Below, piece by piece: positions 19,802-29,213 of a stretch of 64,000 nucleotides of DNA. The first letter of the stretch is position 1. Each line of letters opens with the position of its first letter. The translations under genes were made by a program, and so were the position numbers. This stretch comes from Oligoflexia bacterium (GTDB lineage: Bacteria > Bdellovibrionota > UBA1018): NCBI GenBank assembly GCA_963758495.1, contig CAVWVI010000001.1, positions 352,001-416,000 on the forward strand, read 5' to 3'. The notes beneath the pieces are model-generated. The model did no database searches and had not been told where the DNA came from. It saw only the letters and a program-made list of their open reading frames with translations.

Positions 19802-21841
19802 TTATTGCATTTCTAAATCAGGAGGAAGGTCAGGTGTGTGCATAGGAGCCAGGACGCGGGGGTGCAAACCATCTGGCTGTTGTTGAGACGGTTTCCCAAA
19901 CCAAGACCCCACCCATGACTTAATTGCAGTCCATTTGTCATAGACAATATATCCGGCCAAGATGGCAGAGGTCCCCGCCCCTACTACGGTGCCCGTCTTC
20001 CATCCATTCCAAGAACTATGACTACTAGAACCTGATCCGGAATTTGATAGGATCGAGTTGCTACCGTGAGTATGGTTATTCGGAACAACCTGAATTTCCG
20101 CCATCATACCATTGTCTTCATGTCCCAGAATGTGACAGTGATAAACAAATTTTCCAATGTCTGGACCTCGAAAGTCCATGCGCACTTTTACACTCGGATA
20201 GGGATCTGAACTATTCCCGCTCCAATAGGGAACTTGAATCGTGTCCAAATATTGCTGCTCCTCGGGGGCAACCGGAATGCCGTTTTTTTCGAGGACGAGG
20301 AAATGAATCTGATGAATGTGAAAAACATGCATCTCTTGGGCTTGATTCTCAATCACCCAATCTTCTACTGTTCCCTGCGTAGCAGTAATGGCTGGAGCCA
20401 TACCTGAGCTATAGAGAGCCGGAGTTTGACCGTCTACTGTAATATAGAAATTGGTTGGACTCGCCGGATCGGAAGGGTCTTGCAATAGCTCGGAGAAATA
20501 CAGTGTTCGATTCGTCGCCACTGTTTCATTTCTCAATCCATGAAACCGTTGAGGTCCCCTCGATCCTGAAGCTGTCGGCATAGTCAACGCCGGCTCAGTT
20601 GCATTTGCACTCGTCTGAATCGCAGCAATAGGTCTGTAAGGATCATAATCGCCATCAGGACCCGTATCCACATTCAAAGTCACAAAGGTAGCACTCGTAA
20701 CATTGGACGAAGGTCCCGTTACGATGAATTCGGCGCGTGCCAGAGGACCTAATGGAATATGGGTTTGACTGAAAGTTGTACCCATTCCCGTACCATCCTG
20801 AGATCCAGTTGGAACACCATCCAGTGCAACCACTTCCAAAGGCTGTGGAACACCATCATACAAAATTTGGATGTCGAAATTAGTATCTGCCCCCTCGTTA
20901 GCCACTCTCCAAAACTGCCTTTCCTGCGGCTTCATAGGGAGAATCACAGGGTTGTAGTTTGGATAAGGAATCGGAATGTAATTGAGTGATATATCCCAAG
21001 CAGGTGCAGAAGGAGTGGTTGTATTTCCAGGAACTAGATTGTCACGAAGGATTAAAACCCTCTCCGGCAATCCAGCAACTGTGGGCTGACTATTTTCTAT
21101 CCCCTGGACCACAATTGCACCTGACGCACCTCCTTGGAGAGCTGCTTCAGACTGGCCATGGACGTGGTCGTGATACGCATAAAGCCCAGGAGGCAGATCT
21201 TTCGGTATCGTAAATCCATAAGTAAAGGTCTGCCCTGTGTTGACCAGCGTCGAAACGACATTGTCCTTGTGGCAAGTGGGAGCAATGTTCATTCCATGAA
21301 AATGAATATTGGCCGACGATGAATCCATTGACGTTGCTGTTCCGCAGTCATGGGGATTTGACATATTCAGCGGCATAGGCGGAATTGAAGGATCAGTAGG
21401 CACTTCATTAGTGAGAGTAATAAAAAGTTGATCGCCCGGCTTGACATGAAGAACCGGAGCCTGTTGCCCATCTGGAGTCATATAACAATAAAGCGTATTT
21501 CCAAACTCATCTGTCCGAGTTTGATAGGCAAAGCTGACGCTTAAGAGGCCAGCACTACTAAACAGATTCTGGGGCTCAACGAGAGTGCTTCCTACAGGAA
21601 ATCGCGGACAGGGTAAGAAAGGAACCGAAGACGATGTTTGTTGTGCTGTCACCGTCTGGAGTGGATCGCCTACAAGAGCCGTAAGAAGTGATAAAGTTCT
21701 CAATGGCCATGAAAGCAACGACCGTGGTTTGCCTGTTCCATCAGCCCAAGTCATGCTGGATATCAGGAGTTGAGAAATAATAATCAATACAGTGAGGCGC
21801 TTCATCATTTTAATTATCCCGTTAATTATCCCGTTCATCAT
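19802..21841 (-). CDS. Secreted multicopper oxidase with a C-terminal membrane anchor
   Basis: Copper motifs HFHG, YHDH.H, HVFHIH, HCHILGHED.GMM; signal peptide; Ser-rich linker and hydrophobic tail. Confidence 0.92.
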   Translation of the reverse strand: MMNGIINGIIKMMKRLTVLIIISQLLISSMTWADGTGKPRSLLSWPLRTLSLLTALVGDPLQTVTAQQTSSSVPFLPCPRFPVGSTLVEPQNLFSSAGLLSVSFAYQTRTDEFGNTLYCYMTPDGQQAPVLHVKPGDQLFITLTNEVPTDPSIPPMPLNMSNPHDCGTATSMDSSSANIHFHGMNIAPTCHKDNVVSTLVNTGQTFTYGFTIPKDLPPGLYAYHDHVHGQSEAALQGGASGAIVVQGIENSQPTVAGLPERVLILRDNLVPGNTTTPSAPAWDISLNYIPIPYPNYNPVILPMKPQERQFWRVANEGADTNFDIQILYDGVPQPLEVVALDGVPTGSQDGTGMGTTFSQTHIPLGPLARAEFIVTGPSSNVTSATFVTLNVDTGPDGDYDPYRPIAAIQTSANATEPALTMPTASGSRGPQRFHGLRNETVATNRTLYFSELLQDPSDPASPTNFYITVDGQTPALYSSGMAPAITATQGTVEDWVIENQAQEMHVFHIHQIHFLVLEKNGIPVAPEEQQYLDTIQVPYWSGNSSDPYPSVKVRMDFRGPDIGKFVYHCHILGHEDNGMMAEIQVVPNNHTHGSNSILSNSGSGSSSHSSWNGWKTGTVVGAGTSAILAGYIVYDKWTAIKSWVGSWFGKPSQQQPDGLHPRVLAPMHTPDLPPDLEMQ

Positions 21842-21960
21842 CCCATTAAAAATGCCGTAAAATAGGATTCATTCATTTTAATGACACTGCGCCTTGTAAC
21901 CACTATAGACTTAGCGTGTCAAGTCTTTTGGATTTATAATTTTTGAGCGGAAGTCTCCCT

Positions 21961-22509
21961 CTAGACTTCGACATCAAGACGGGCTCGCATATTCTGACCA
22001 CAGCCTGAGCAAAGAATACTCATTTCTGACTGAAGGCTGCTGTCCAGGTAAGGGCCGAATTGAGATTTCTTTTTGCAGAAAGTACAATAGCCATCCACAG
22101 TGTAGAAAGTCACTGTCTCTCCCAAAAACTTCGTAAAGAGGGGTGCAAAGCTGAAAAGCAGAGCAAGCCATGCAGGCACGATGATAAACAAGATAGGATG
22201 AATAAACAATCCAAGCAATGAACACGCAAAGAGTGTCCCTATAATTTTAAAACTACGATTCCAAGCCCGTCTTCTCCGCTCTCGATCCGTCCAGCGCTTG
22301 ATCATCATTTTCGCCGGATATTCCTTTCGAGCGTTATCTAAAATCACTACTGAGATGACTTCTGCACCGTTACTTTGTTTCTTGATCTTCTCCAATTGTT
22401 GATCCGTCATATAGGCAATGAGCTCACCGTAAGTTGCATCAGGCGAAAGCGTATGTGCGAGAAGTCCCTTAAGCTCTTTGATCTTTTCCGCCAAAGTGCC
22501 TTCGAGCAC
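21961..22509 (-). CDS. Membrane protein (2 TM, CxxC...CxxC zinc ribbon) fused in frame to an HNH-family remnant
   Basis: Hydrophobic hairpin, CTFC and CSGC; the first 45 aa are homologous to the 54861..55541 protein. Confidence 0.6.
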   Translation of the reverse strand: MLEGTLAEKIKELKGLLAHTLSPDATYGELIAYMTDQQLEKIKKQSNGAEVISVVILDNARKEYPAKMMIKRWTDRERRRRAWNRSFKIIGTLFACSLLGLFIHPILFIIVPAWLALLFSFAPLFTKFLGETVTFYTVDGYCTFCKKKSQFGPYLDSSLQSEMSILCSGCGQNMRARLDVEV

Positions 22510-22554
22510 GAGTTTGAGTTCAACTTTTTCAGCAGAAACTGGCCTCTCTTTTTC
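22375..22554 (-). pseudogene. Internal fragment of the HNH-endonuclease family also at 54861..55541
   Basis: EKERPVSAEKVELKLVLEGTLAEKIKELKGLLAHTLS...E.I.Y...EKIKK aligns with DRIKPKGQEHVEIRF...LASLLAEAKGLLSHRLS...EVIQY...EKLKK. Confidence 0.7.
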
Positions 22555-22616
22555 TTAGAGATAATTCATGTGGTAGCATTGACAGTACTAAAATAGCACA
22601 TTTTGTCCTAAAGCAC

Positions 22617-22665
22617 TCTTTACACGATGCGTTAAATCTAGTAAAAGCTTCTGCAGTGGCTGATT
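22617..22665 (+). promoter_or_regulatory. Promoter plus leader motif, copy A
   Basis: TTTACA-17bp-TAAAAG then CTTCTGCAGTGGCTGATT; homologous to 34127..34176 (-). Confidence 0.55.
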
Positions 22666-22677
22666 GCTCCGGAGATA

Positions 22678-23376
22678 TTGAGATCTATTATGAAATTTCG
22701 ATTTTTGAAAAAGAGTCTCGTTCCGATACTCCTAGTGACACAGGTGTCAAATCTAGCATTCGCTGAATGTGATGCTGAAAGAAAAGTCGTTGCTGACCTC
22801 AACAGATTTACCCCGAGAAGAGAAGAAATCGAACGTGAATTTAACGAGGGTGTACAAGCCGTTCATCGCTTCATTGAAGAAGAAGGCCTGGACCCAGACA
22901 ACGCAGAGGTGCGGAAAAAAACTAAACAACTCTTAGAGAAAACCAGGACTAACCGTGATGCAAGACTAGCGGCTCTTGAACAGGAAAGAACTCAGGAGTT
23001 GTCAAAGCCTATCGAGTCAGTCAACCCTGGTTTTTATCGCGCAGAGAGTGCTCCCGAGGTTTTTTGGATATGTGATGGGCAATACTGCCACGTTCCCAAC
23101 GCGGATACGATGCAATGTTATGGCTGGAATCAGGTACAGTTAATCAACCAAGACAGACTCAATAGAATTTATGTAAATCGGTCAGAAGGTCCAAAAAAGA
23201 GGTACAGCGGATTTGTTAGGCAGAAAGACGGTTGCGAAGTCTATAAGGAGAAATGGGTTATAATGTGCTGTTTGGAGGAAGAGCTGATAACAGAAATGAC
23301 CAATTGTTTGGCAGTGGAACTACGGCATCAATCGGCGTTGCCTACCCATTTTGATCTAAAAGTAGATTCATCCTAA
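22678..23376 (+). CDS. Secreted hypothetical protein (coiled coil plus Cys-rich C-terminal part)
   Basis: Signal peptide ending AFA-E; several Cys; GGAGA RBS. Confidence 0.7.
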   Translation: MRSIMKFRFLKKSLVPILLVTQVSNLAFAECDAERKVVADLNRFTPRREEIEREFNEGVQAVHRFIEEEGLDPDNAEVRKKTKQLLEKTRTNRDARLAALEQERTQELSKPIESVNPGFYRAESAPEVFWICDGQYCHVPNADTMQCYGWNQVQLINQDRLNRIYVNRSEGPKKRYSGFVRQKDGCEVYKEKWVIMCCLEEELITEMTNCLAVELRHQSALPTHFDLKVDSS

Positions 23377-23384
23377 GTAGCTTT

Positions 23385-25028
23385 TCAAGCTCTCCGAGTT
23401 TTCAAACTCTCTGCGGTAGAAACATTCAGTGGAAGCTCTACGATAAAGGTCGTTCCTTTACCTACCTCACTCGCCACACTGATTGAACCATGATGCGCTT
23501 TGACAATCTGTTTGACAATATAAAGCCCTAGACCAAGTCCTACTGTGCATTTATCCGCACCGGCTCTTTCAAACTTATTAAATAACTTTTGCTGCATATC
23601 AGAAGAGATCCCTTTACCATGATCCACCACACTCAATTTCACACACCCCGTTTTGGGATTGCTCTCAACTAAAATCTCAATGGGTTTATTCTCACCATAT
23701 TTAATGGCATTTGAAAGGAGGTTGCCAACAATCTGTTCAACTCGAATGCAATCCCAATGACCTATAACTGGAGAGTCTGCCTTGACAGAAAGTGGAACTC
23801 CTGCTTGAGTAAGTTCAGGCTGCTTTCTCTCGATTAAATCCCGAACAACGGAACTAAAATCCATATTCTCTTTATGTAACTCGAACCTTCCAATGCGAAT
23901 TCGTGTCAAATCTAATAATTCATCTAAGAGGGTACTGAGTTTCTTACTTTCATTTTCACAGGATTGAATTACTTTGATGTACTTATGTACTGATGAAATT
24001 TTATTAAATTTTGAACCTTGATCTACTTCATTTTTTTTTGGCTGCTGAAAAGCGATTCGACTGAGGAACTCTAATTGAAGTGTCAGTGACGTCAGGGGAG
24101 TTCTCAGCTCATGGGTTGCGATCGACAAAAACTCATCTCTTGTTTGAAGTGCTTCCCTGAGATCTGAGGTCCGTTCCTGAATCCGTTTCTCCAAAGACTC
24201 GTTAGCCAAACGAAGTTCATCTTCCGCTTTTTTTCGTTCCGTCAGGTCCCTAACCACTTTTCCGAAGCCACACAGTTTACCAATGTCATCACGAAGCGCC
24301 GTAATCACTGTTCCTGCCCAAAACTCACTGCCGTCCTTACGAACATGCCAACCTTCTTCTTCATGACGGCCTGCAAGAACAGCAAGTTTAAGTTGATATT
24401 CTTGTTTTATACTTACTATGTCATTCTTTGGGTGAAAAATAGAAATGTGCTCACCGATCACCTCATCTTCACAATACCCCAAAATTCGCTGAGCACCCGC
24501 GTTCCAACTCACGACTCTCCCCAATAGATCCACCATGAAAATTGCGTAGTCTGTCACTGAATCCACAAAGATTTTGAAGCTCTCTTCACTTTTCTTAATC
24601 GCACGCGCGAATTCGCGACGTTGAAGTGAGGCCATTTGATGCTTGTGAAGCACCACTTCAATCATGGTATTGAGTTCAGCCTCTTCGAATGGCTTGAGAA
24701 GATACCCAAAAGGCTCTGCTATTTTTGCACGTTCAAGTGTATTTTCGTCCGAATAGGCCGAGAGAAAAATGATGGGGACATTGAACCATTCCCTAATTTT
24801 TTGCGCAGCTGAAACTCCATCCATCATACCCTTGAGTTGGATATCCATCAAAATCAAATCCGGGCGCATTTCCTCAACTTTCTGAATAGCCTCTAACCCG
24901 TTATTTACCACCCCGACAACAGTGTAACCTAAACGCAGTAATCCCCGATCTAGGTGTAAGGCAACAATATTTTCGTCCTCTACGATCAAGATCCTGGACT
25001 GAGGCTTAGGGGGACAAAGTCTACTCAT
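23385..25028 (-). CDS. Receiver-PAS hybrid histidine kinase
   Basis: ILIVEDE...DLILMDI receiver, PAS domain, THELRTPL, NLLSNAIKY, GLGLGL. Confidence 0.93.
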   Translation of the reverse strand: MSRLCPPKPQSRILIVEDENIVALHLDRGLLRLGYTVVGVVNNGLEAIQKVEEMRPDLILMDIQLKGMMDGVSAAQKIREWFNVPIIFLSAYSDENTLERAKIAEPFGYLLKPFEEAELNTMIEVVLHKHQMASLQRREFARAIKKSEESFKIFVDSVTDYAIFMVDLLGRVVSWNAGAQRILGYCEDEVIGEHISIFHPKNDIVSIKQEYQLKLAVLAGRHEEEGWHVRKDGSEFWAGTVITALRDDIGKLCGFGKVVRDLTERKKAEDELRLANESLEKRIQERTSDLREALQTRDEFLSIATHELRTPLTSLTLQLEFLSRIAFQQPKKNEVDQGSKFNKISSVHKYIKVIQSCENESKKLSTLLDELLDLTRIRIGRFELHKENMDFSSVVRDLIERKQPELTQAGVPLSVKADSPVIGHWDCIRVEQIVGNLLSNAIKYGENKPIEILVESNPKTGCVKLSVVDHGKGISSDMQQKLFNKFERAGADKCTVGLGLGLYIVKQIVKAHHGSISVASEVGKGTTFIVELPLNVSTAESLKTRRA

Positions 25029-26092
25029 ACGGCTCCTTTAGTCTCTAAAAATGTAATGACAACCTCTGCACCCTGAGTGTTTTTTACCTGCATTTGACCA
25101 TTGAGTTGACTTACAAGCGTGCGGACCAGTTGAAGACCGAAACTCTCAGTCTTTTTAAAATCAAAATCCTTTGGCAAACCAACGCCGTCATCTTTTATCC
25201 GAATGAGGACTTCATCCCTATGGGTCTTTTCAGTACTCACGGATATTTCTCCGGAGCGCCCCTGAGGAAAGGCATGTTTCAGACAGTTCGAGATCAATTC
25301 ATTGACGATAAGTCCACTCGGTACCGCAGTTTCCACTCCGAAAAAAACTGGGGTTTTTCTAGATTTCAGGCGAATCTTACTTTCGTCTATACTGAACGAA
25401 CGAAATAAAAGCTCCGCCAGACTCTCCATGTATTCCGAAAAATCGATTTGAAAAAAATCTCTCGCGCCGTAAAGCTTTTCGTGCACCAACGCCATCGCCT
25501 GAATCCGATTTTGACTTTCCTCAAATAATTCACGTGTGCGAAAATCTGAAATACAATGCGATTGCATCTTCAAGAGGCTGGAAGTGATTTGTAGATTGTT
25601 TTTCACTCGATGATGGATTTCCTTAAGTAAGGTCTCTTTTTCTCTGAGCAAAGATTGAAGGTGTTCTTCTGCTTGCCTGCGATCAGTGATATCGCGAATC
25701 ATACTAATAATAAGAACCCCCTGCTCGGTTTCAAGAGGACTCAAACTGATTTCTAAAGAAAACTCGGTACCATTCTTTCGCCTTCCGGTGAGTACCTGCC
25801 CTTTACCCATGCGATGAGTTTTTGGGTCATGCAAATAGCGCGCTCGATGCCCAACATGAACTGTACGGAGTCGTTCGGGAACAAGCATCTCAACTCTATT
25901 GCCAAGTAATTCATTTCGCGAAAAACCGAATAACTTTTCCGTAAGACAATTGATCATGACCATTCGTCCCGCGCTGTCGACGATCACCATGGCATCGGGA
26001 GCCGCCTCAATAAAAAGACGAAATTTGGGATCAATCGCCGATGGGAGGTCTGCTTTCTCAACATATGATGGGCTCAAACTTACGTCCTTCAC
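25025..26092 (-). CDS. PAS sensor histidine kinase (HisKA_2 type)
   Basis: EIHHRVKNNLQ, NELISNCLKHAF, DDGVG; 4-nt overlap with the downstream kinase. Confidence 0.93.
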   Translation of the reverse strand: MKDVSLSPSYVEKADLPSAIDPKFRLFIEAAPDAMVIVDSAGRMVMINCLTEKLFGFSRNELLGNRVEMLVPERLRTVHVGHRARYLHDPKTHRMGKGQVLTGRRKNGTEFSLEISLSPLETEQGVLIISMIRDITDRRQAEEHLQSLLREKETLLKEIHHRVKNNLQITSSLLKMQSHCISDFRTRELFEESQNRIQAMALVHEKLYGARDFFQIDFSEYMESLAELLFRSFSIDESKIRLKSRKTPVFFGVETAVPSGLIVNELISNCLKHAFPQGRSGEISVSTEKTHRDEVLIRIKDDGVGLPKDFDFKKTESFGLQLVRTLVSQLNGQMQVKNTQGAEVVITFLETKGAV

Positions 26093-26451
26093 TTTCGCCT
26101 ACCTTGCAGAGAGGAGGATGGGGCTCACTCACGGTAGAGAGAGCAACCAAGAGAGAGAAATTTGAGTTTCCTATCTCTTGCTACACTGCATAATTAGTGA
26201 TCTTTTCTCTTTTTAATGCCTAGTTCGTCAAGAGATTCCGGATTTACAATGGTTAATTTATATTAACTCATCGAACAATGAGAGCCCTTTGAGTAGCCGA
26301 CACGGTAAACGAATCAGCCTTTTCTCCACAAGACTCTTCGGAAGTAGTTCCTCTAGGCTTACGATTCCTCTATGCAACGATCATGAGCGTGAAGGTTTTT
26401 GAGAACAAGCAGTACTCTCCGAGGAGCGATGCCATGAAAGCGAAATAGTTT

Positions 26452-26814
26452 TTAACTACTCTTGTCTGTTTCAATCGGCTGGCCTTGCGCAACTTTCTTC
26501 TTATTCGTATCTTTATAAAGATCAGCTTTTAGATCCACAAGGTCGTTGCGAAGACTCATAAGTGACTCTCGATCATCCCGAACTTGGGAAGAATCATTAC
26601 CATATTGAGTCATATCTTTGTTCAATTTGGACTGTGCTGTAGTAATCTCGGCCATTTTGCTAGACACTTTGTCTTTGTCTTTTGCAATGTCCTTCTCGAT
26701 TTTTTCAGTAGATTCTCGTTTGTCCATTGGGTCAGCCGCACTGACCGGACGGATGCTGAAGTTAGCAGTGAGTAAAAAAGTAGTCACCAAAAAACCATAA
26801 TAAATTGCTTTCAT
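26452..26814 (-). CDS. Small secreted coiled-coil hypothetical protein
   Basis: Signal peptide, AGGAGG RBS, Lys/Asp-rich helix. Confidence 0.75.
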   Translation of the reverse strand: MKAIYYGFLVTTFLLTANFSIRPVSAADPMDKRESTEKIEKDIAKDKDKVSSKMAEITTAQSKLNKDMTQYGNDSSQVRDDRESLMSLRNDLVDLKADLYKDTNKKKVAQGQPIETDKSS

Positions 26815-26914
26815 AATTCCTCCTTCACCTACGCATCTCAGGTGATTTAACGAATGATTTAACGTATTTTAATTGCAAAAATCATTCTCAGTAAGCACTG
26901 TAAGGCTCTATCTA

Positions 26915-26950
26915 ATAGATTAATACTATCATACGATAAAGATAATCGAT
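26915..26950 (+). promoter_or_regulatory. Candidate OxyR operator upstream of ahpC
   Basis: ATAG-N7-CTAT-N6-ATAA-N7-CGAT, close to the ATAG-N7-CTAT-N7-ATAG-N7-CTAT consensus. Confidence 0.65.
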
Positions 26951-26999
26951 TTTACCTTTCATCATCTTTCATTGATAATCAATCGTAGAGGAAATTAAA

Positions 27000-27566
27000 A
27001 TGACAACACTGATCAATAGCAAAATTCAAGACTTCAAAGCTCAAGCTTATCACAAGGGAACGTTCAAAACCATTACCCAAAACGATCTCAAAGGAAAATG
27101 GTCCGTATTCTTTTTCTATCCAGCCGACTTTACCTTTGTTTGCCCGACTGAACTCGGTGACATGGCGGACAAATATGATGCATTTCAGAAAATGGGAGTT
27201 GAAATCTATGCCGTGAGCACAGACACTCAGTTCGTGCATAAAGCTTGGCATGATGCTTCTGAGACCATCAAGAAAATCAAATATCCGATGCTGGCCGATC
27301 CAACGGGTTTTCTCAGTCGTGCCTTCGGCGTATATATTGAAGAAGAAGGCCTAGCGTATCGCGGCACATTTGTGATTGACCCGGAAGGTAAGATCAAAAT
27401 TGCTGAAACTCAAGACAATGGAATCGGGCGAAACGCTGACGAATTACTTCGAAAGGTTCAGGCGGCCCAATTTGTCGCCACGCATCCAAACGAAGTTTGT
27501 CCTGCCAAATGGCGTCCAGGAGAACAGACACTCAAGCCAGGTCTTGATCTTATCGGTAAAATCTAA
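27000..27566 (+). CDS. ahpC: Alkyl hydroperoxide reductase subunit C
   Basis: FYPADFTFVCPTE and EVCPAKW. Confidence 0.98.
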   Translation: MTTLINSKIQDFKAQAYHKGTFKTITQNDLKGKWSVFFFYPADFTFVCPTELGDMADKYDAFQKMGVEIYAVSTDTQFVHKAWHDASETIKKIKYPMLADPTGFLSRAFGVYIEEEGLAYRGTFVIDPEGKIKIAETQDNGIGRNADELLRKVQAAQFVATHPNEVCPAKWRPGEQTLKPGLDLIGKI

Positions 27567-27583
27567 CCCGTAAAAATAGGTTG

Positions 27584-27609
27584 GGACTCAGGGGAATACC
27601 CCTGGGTCC
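27584..27609 (+). other. Intercistronic stem-loop between ahpC and ahpF
   Basis: GGACTCAGGGG-AATA-CCCCTGGGTCC, an 11-bp stem with no U tract. Confidence 0.7.
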
Positions 27610-27628
27610 TATCAGAAAATGAGGAGTT

Positions 27629-29185
27629 ATGTTTGATTCTGAAATGTTAGAACAACTGCAAAGCGTTTTTTCAAAGTTAGAAAATCCAGTTGTTTTACGA
27701 ATCAACCGCTCTTCGCATCCAGATCAAGCAAAATTACAGGAGATGCTCAAAGAACTCGCAGGAACTTCTAAGAACATCCTGCTGGAAGAGTCTTCAGAGG
27801 TGTCAGAGACACCCTACTTCATATTCATTTATAATGGAAAACCCAATGGTATTTCCTTTCGAGGAATTCCTGGTGGCCACGAATTTTCCTCGCTCGTATT
27901 GTCCATTCTATACAGCGATGGCAAAGGAAAGCAACCCGACGTAGGCATTGCAAGCCGCATTCGAAACCTGAGGGGGCCCATTCGAATTAAAACTTATATT
28001 TCACTTTCTTGCGAAAACTGTCCAGAGGTCATTCAGGCCCTCAATCTCATGACGACACTGCACGCAGATTTTCAACATGAAATGATTGATGGAGGAATCG
28101 CGCAGAATGAAATTGAATCCTTGGGCATCCAGGGCGTTCCAAGCGTGGTGCTTGATGGAAAAATGATTCATTCCGGAAAAATTCAACTCCTCGATTTGCT
28201 CGGAAAGCTGGAGGGTATCTTTGGCAAAACAAGTCCTAATATGTCTGGAAAGGAAGAGAATCTAGGTATTTTTGATGTCGCCGTTATCGGAGGAGGCCCC
28301 GCTGGAGCTTCAGCAGCGATTTACAGCGCACGAAAAGGATTACGTACCGCACTGATAGCCGAAAAGTTCGGTGGACAACTCCAAGAAACGAAGGGGATAG
28401 AAAATATGATTTCAATCCCCTACACAGAGGGCGTTAAGCTCGCAGCTCAGTTAAGTCAGCATGTCTCAGCCTATCCCATTCAAGTATTAGAGTATCGAAG
28501 AGTGAGCAAAATCTCAGCAGATGCGCTCAAACGTATCCAACTCGAAAGTGGCGAATTTCTAGATGCGAAAGCGGTCATTATTGCAACCGGTGCGAAATGG
28601 CGAGAACTTGGAATTCCCGGAGAGAAAGAAAATATAGGACAAGGTGTGGCCTTTTGTGCGCACTGCGATGGCCCCTTTTATAAAGAAAAAAAAGTTGCAG
28701 TTGTGGGAGGCGGTAATTCTGGAGTTGAAGCGGCGATTGATCTAGCGGGTATCGCACGTGAAGTCATTCTACTCGAGTACTCCGATCAACTCAGAGCCGA
28801 TAGAGTCCTGATTGAAAAACTTAAAACCCTTTCCAATACCTCGATCGTAACTCATGCCAAGTCTACCCAGATCATAGGAGATGAGAAGAAGGTCGTGGGT
28901 CTTGAATACCTTGATCGTCGGACTGATCAACTTCAAAAGATCGATCTCGATGGCGTTTTTGTACAGATTGGACTTTTGCCCAATACACAGTTCGTTAAGG
29001 ATTTGCTTGAACTCACCCGTTTTGGAGAGATTGTTGTGGATCCAAAAGGTCGCACGTCAGTTTCCGGAATTTACGCCGCAGGCGATGTAACGACAATTCC
29101 CTTTAAACAAATCGTAACAGCCATGGGTGACGGAGCCAAAGTCGCACTTACAGCCTTCGAGGATCGAGTCCGAGCAACCCCATAA
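27629..29185 (+). CDS. ahpF: Alkyl hydroperoxide reductase subunit F
   Basis: SLSCENCPEV, GGGPAG, CAHCDG, GGGNSG. Confidence 0.97.
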   Translation: MFDSEMLEQLQSVFSKLENPVVLRINRSSHPDQAKLQEMLKELAGTSKNILLEESSEVSETPYFIFIYNGKPNGISFRGIPGGHEFSSLVLSILYSDGKGKQPDVGIASRIRNLRGPIRIKTYISLSCENCPEVIQALNLMTTLHADFQHEMIDGGIAQNEIESLGIQGVPSVVLDGKMIHSGKIQLLDLLGKLEGIFGKTSPNMSGKEENLGIFDVAVIGGGPAGASAAIYSARKGLRTALIAEKFGGQLQETKGIENMISIPYTEGVKLAAQLSQHVSAYPIQVLEYRRVSKISADALKRIQLESGEFLDAKAVIIATGAKWRELGIPGEKENIGQGVAFCAHCDGPFYKEKKVAVVGGGNSGVEAAIDLAGIAREVILLEYSDQLRADRVLIEKLKTLSNTSIVTHAKSTQIIGDEKKVVGLEYLDRRTDQLQKIDLDGVFVQIGLLPNTQFVKDLLELTRFGEIVVDPKGRTSVSGIYAAGDVTTIPFKQIVTAMGDGAKVALTAFEDRVRATP

Positions 29186-29213
29186 AAGAGATAAAATAGG
29201 AGAAGAATCAAAG

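Noticed and set aside
26270..26451. LFRFHGIAP frame reminiscent of an IS91-type transposase C-terminus
   Set aside because: Single weak motif; the surrounding residues do not fit.
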